Origin: Psilocybe cubensis
Taxonomy: Eukaryota
Assembly (NCBI GenBank): GCA_017499595.2
Contig: CM039009.1
Coordinates: 558,001-622,000 of the forward strand
Length of the DNA stretch: 64,000 bases
Reading direction: 5' to 3'
Shown here piece after piece: positions 62,142 through 64,000 of the stretch. Both the position numbers and the translations under genes were made by a program. A model generated the notes under the pieces. The model did no database searches. It saw only the letters and a list, made by a program, of their open reading frames with translations, and was not told where the DNA came from. Position 1 is the first letter of the stretch, and the number at the start of each line of letters is the position of its first letter.

Positions 62142-63809
62142 TTAGACGCCGTGCCAAGTGGACTTCAAATTCTCCGTGGGCAGTGTTGTGGTTATGGTCC
62201 GTGTTGCAGCAGTAGCCTGTGAAGATGAAATTTCCGCTGAGTATCTGGGCACCTTTACTCTTCGTGGGGATTTGGGGGTGCCTTGGCCGCTGGTCGAAGT
62301 GGTAGCGTAAGATTTGACACTACCTGTGCGCGTACTCCTCGGGGATTTCGGCGAGGTGGCGTCTGTCTGACGCGTCGACGAGGATGAATAGGATCTCATA
62401 CTCCCTCCCCCAACCCTTGCATGGCTTCTGGGAATCGCCGATAAAGATCTGTATGTTGAGTCAGTTGACAGAGGCATTCCATAAGACGACTCTGTATAAT
62501 TTGTAGATCCGCCAAAGCTGGTCATGGTGGCAGGAGTCTCTGGTACCGTCAACGCTGTGCGGATAGTATATGCGTCGGACCGCGAGTTGAGCGAGCGAAC
62601 ATCAGCGTTCATGACATCAAGACCTCTGGTAGCAGACATGGCGGTGGGCGAGTTGAAAGGGGCATCGTACGTGCGAGATGATGATGTGGTCACCTGAGCT
62701 GTCAGCGCCTTTTCTGACTCGCTACGCCGAGACCAGCTAGGCGCCGTGAAGTGATTAGACTCGGCGACTCGTGTTAGCGTATGGTTGTGAAGTTGCAGAT
62801 TCAAGAATACCCGAGATCCCATTGTGGCCATGAAAAGGATGGAATACGGCATCGTGGCGCGCCTCACCAACTCGGTTGACCAGTTTATGGAATAGATGGT
62901 GAGAACCACAATGCTCGCAACGGTGCCGCAGAAAAGATATAATATACAAGCTCTGTTGATCAGAGTAAATCCAGTGTTTGTTGCGACCACCGTTGTCTTC
63001 GTCGTGACTCTGATTACAAAAAGGCCAAAAATTATGCAATTAAATGCTGCGGACGCGGCGTAGCTGACGGGTGTCCAATCTGCTAAGCGCCCAAATTTAC
63101 AATTCCCTCCAAAAGGTAGCGCAGGTCCAGCCGTTGCCTTGAAGGGAACCGCAACACATACCTGATCAAAATGGAGTAAGTTTGCGAGAACATTGTAAGA
63201 AAAGCACCGTCGACACCCATACCCATGCTGCAATCATTAGGACGCATGATCCCAGTGCCATGTAAAGCGGGATTCGTTTGTAATCCCACAAGGATCCTAC
63301 CCGGGCGCAAAAAATGATTCCCATGGCGCCGGTACAAATAACACTTGCTCCTTGACTAAATGATACCACCAACTGGCAGTGATGTATTTGGATTGTCGAA
63401 TATATGACTCCAGATAGTGTAGATAGTAACGCCGAGTATCTCAGGATAACGAATCTGGGCAATGAGAGGGAACGTTAGCCATAAACTATCTGAATTTGCG
63501 ATACAGACATACGCCCAAGGGCCTGGTACTCGCCACTCCCTTCTCCTCCTGACTTCATATAGGCTTCGTTCCTCCGGCAGTAGCTGGATGCTACGGGTGT
63601 TTTAACGTTCGTTAGACTGAAAAATAAGCTTCGGGCGCTCACAAATCCCAAAGTACAATCCCAAATACCACGCACGCATTCAGAGCTAGTATACCTGATG
63701 GGGCGTCAGCCAGTAATCAGGACAGTTCTAGTAAAAAACGGGTACCGGAAAATGATTGATTGTCCCAGATCTCTTCCAGGGAAAGACTCGACGAAAGAAC
63801 ATGAGCCAT
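62142..63809 (-). CDS. Multi-pass (about 7 TM) membrane protein, DUF6533/GPCR-like, with a Ser/Thr-rich cytoplasmic tail
   Basis: Spliced MAHVLSSSLSLEEIWDNQSFS|GILALNACVVFGIVLWDF|IQLLPEERSLY..PGPWA|FVILRY..RVGSLW.., several further hydrophobic helices, MGSRVFLNL, then a low-complexity tail. Confidence 0.72.
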
Positions 63810-64000
63810 GGTCTCAGGAAGTGTCGACGACGTGAGCAGACGGCGGATGAGTCCGTAGAGCAACTAGTCGTCCTGCAGGAGCGTTCAATAGCAAGGAAGT
63901 AGAGCGCAAGGCGGTTCCATACACCATCCGTCAAAACATACGAATGGAGGCTTCATAAGATATAGTTAACACAGCTCCATCGCCGCTGCAGAGCGTTGTC

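Overview
Intron-rich fungal DNA (short GT-AG introns of about 50-60 nt, microexons, intron-containing tRNAs). The gene families point to a mushroom-forming basidiomycete (Agaricomycetes); this is inferred, not searched. I could hand-splice about 25 protein genes. They include DPB4, PMS1, DUS3, a GT15 mannosyltransferase, an ABCC transporter, an AIF/AMID oxidoreductase, an acetamidase, a UCH deubiquitinase, an atypical G-alpha, a degenerate xylulokinase-like protein, an F-box protein, four ricin-B (beta-trefoil) lectin-like genes and two DUF4140/DUF4139 (MuiA-like) paralogs. There are also two tRNAs, a 592-bp MITE and several repeats. The standout is the DUF4139 pair. The two genes are intact, have identical exon structure, and each lies just downstream of a ricin-B lectin gene. 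At the same loop position one carries a near-copy of the histone H3 N-terminal tail (RTRQTARKCTGGKAARRQ) and the other a near-copy of the histone H4 tail (SGRGLGRGGAKRHRKIIR). This suggests a family with a swappable histone-tail mimic or decoy module. All gene models were spliced by eye, no database searches were run, and start codons are best guesses.
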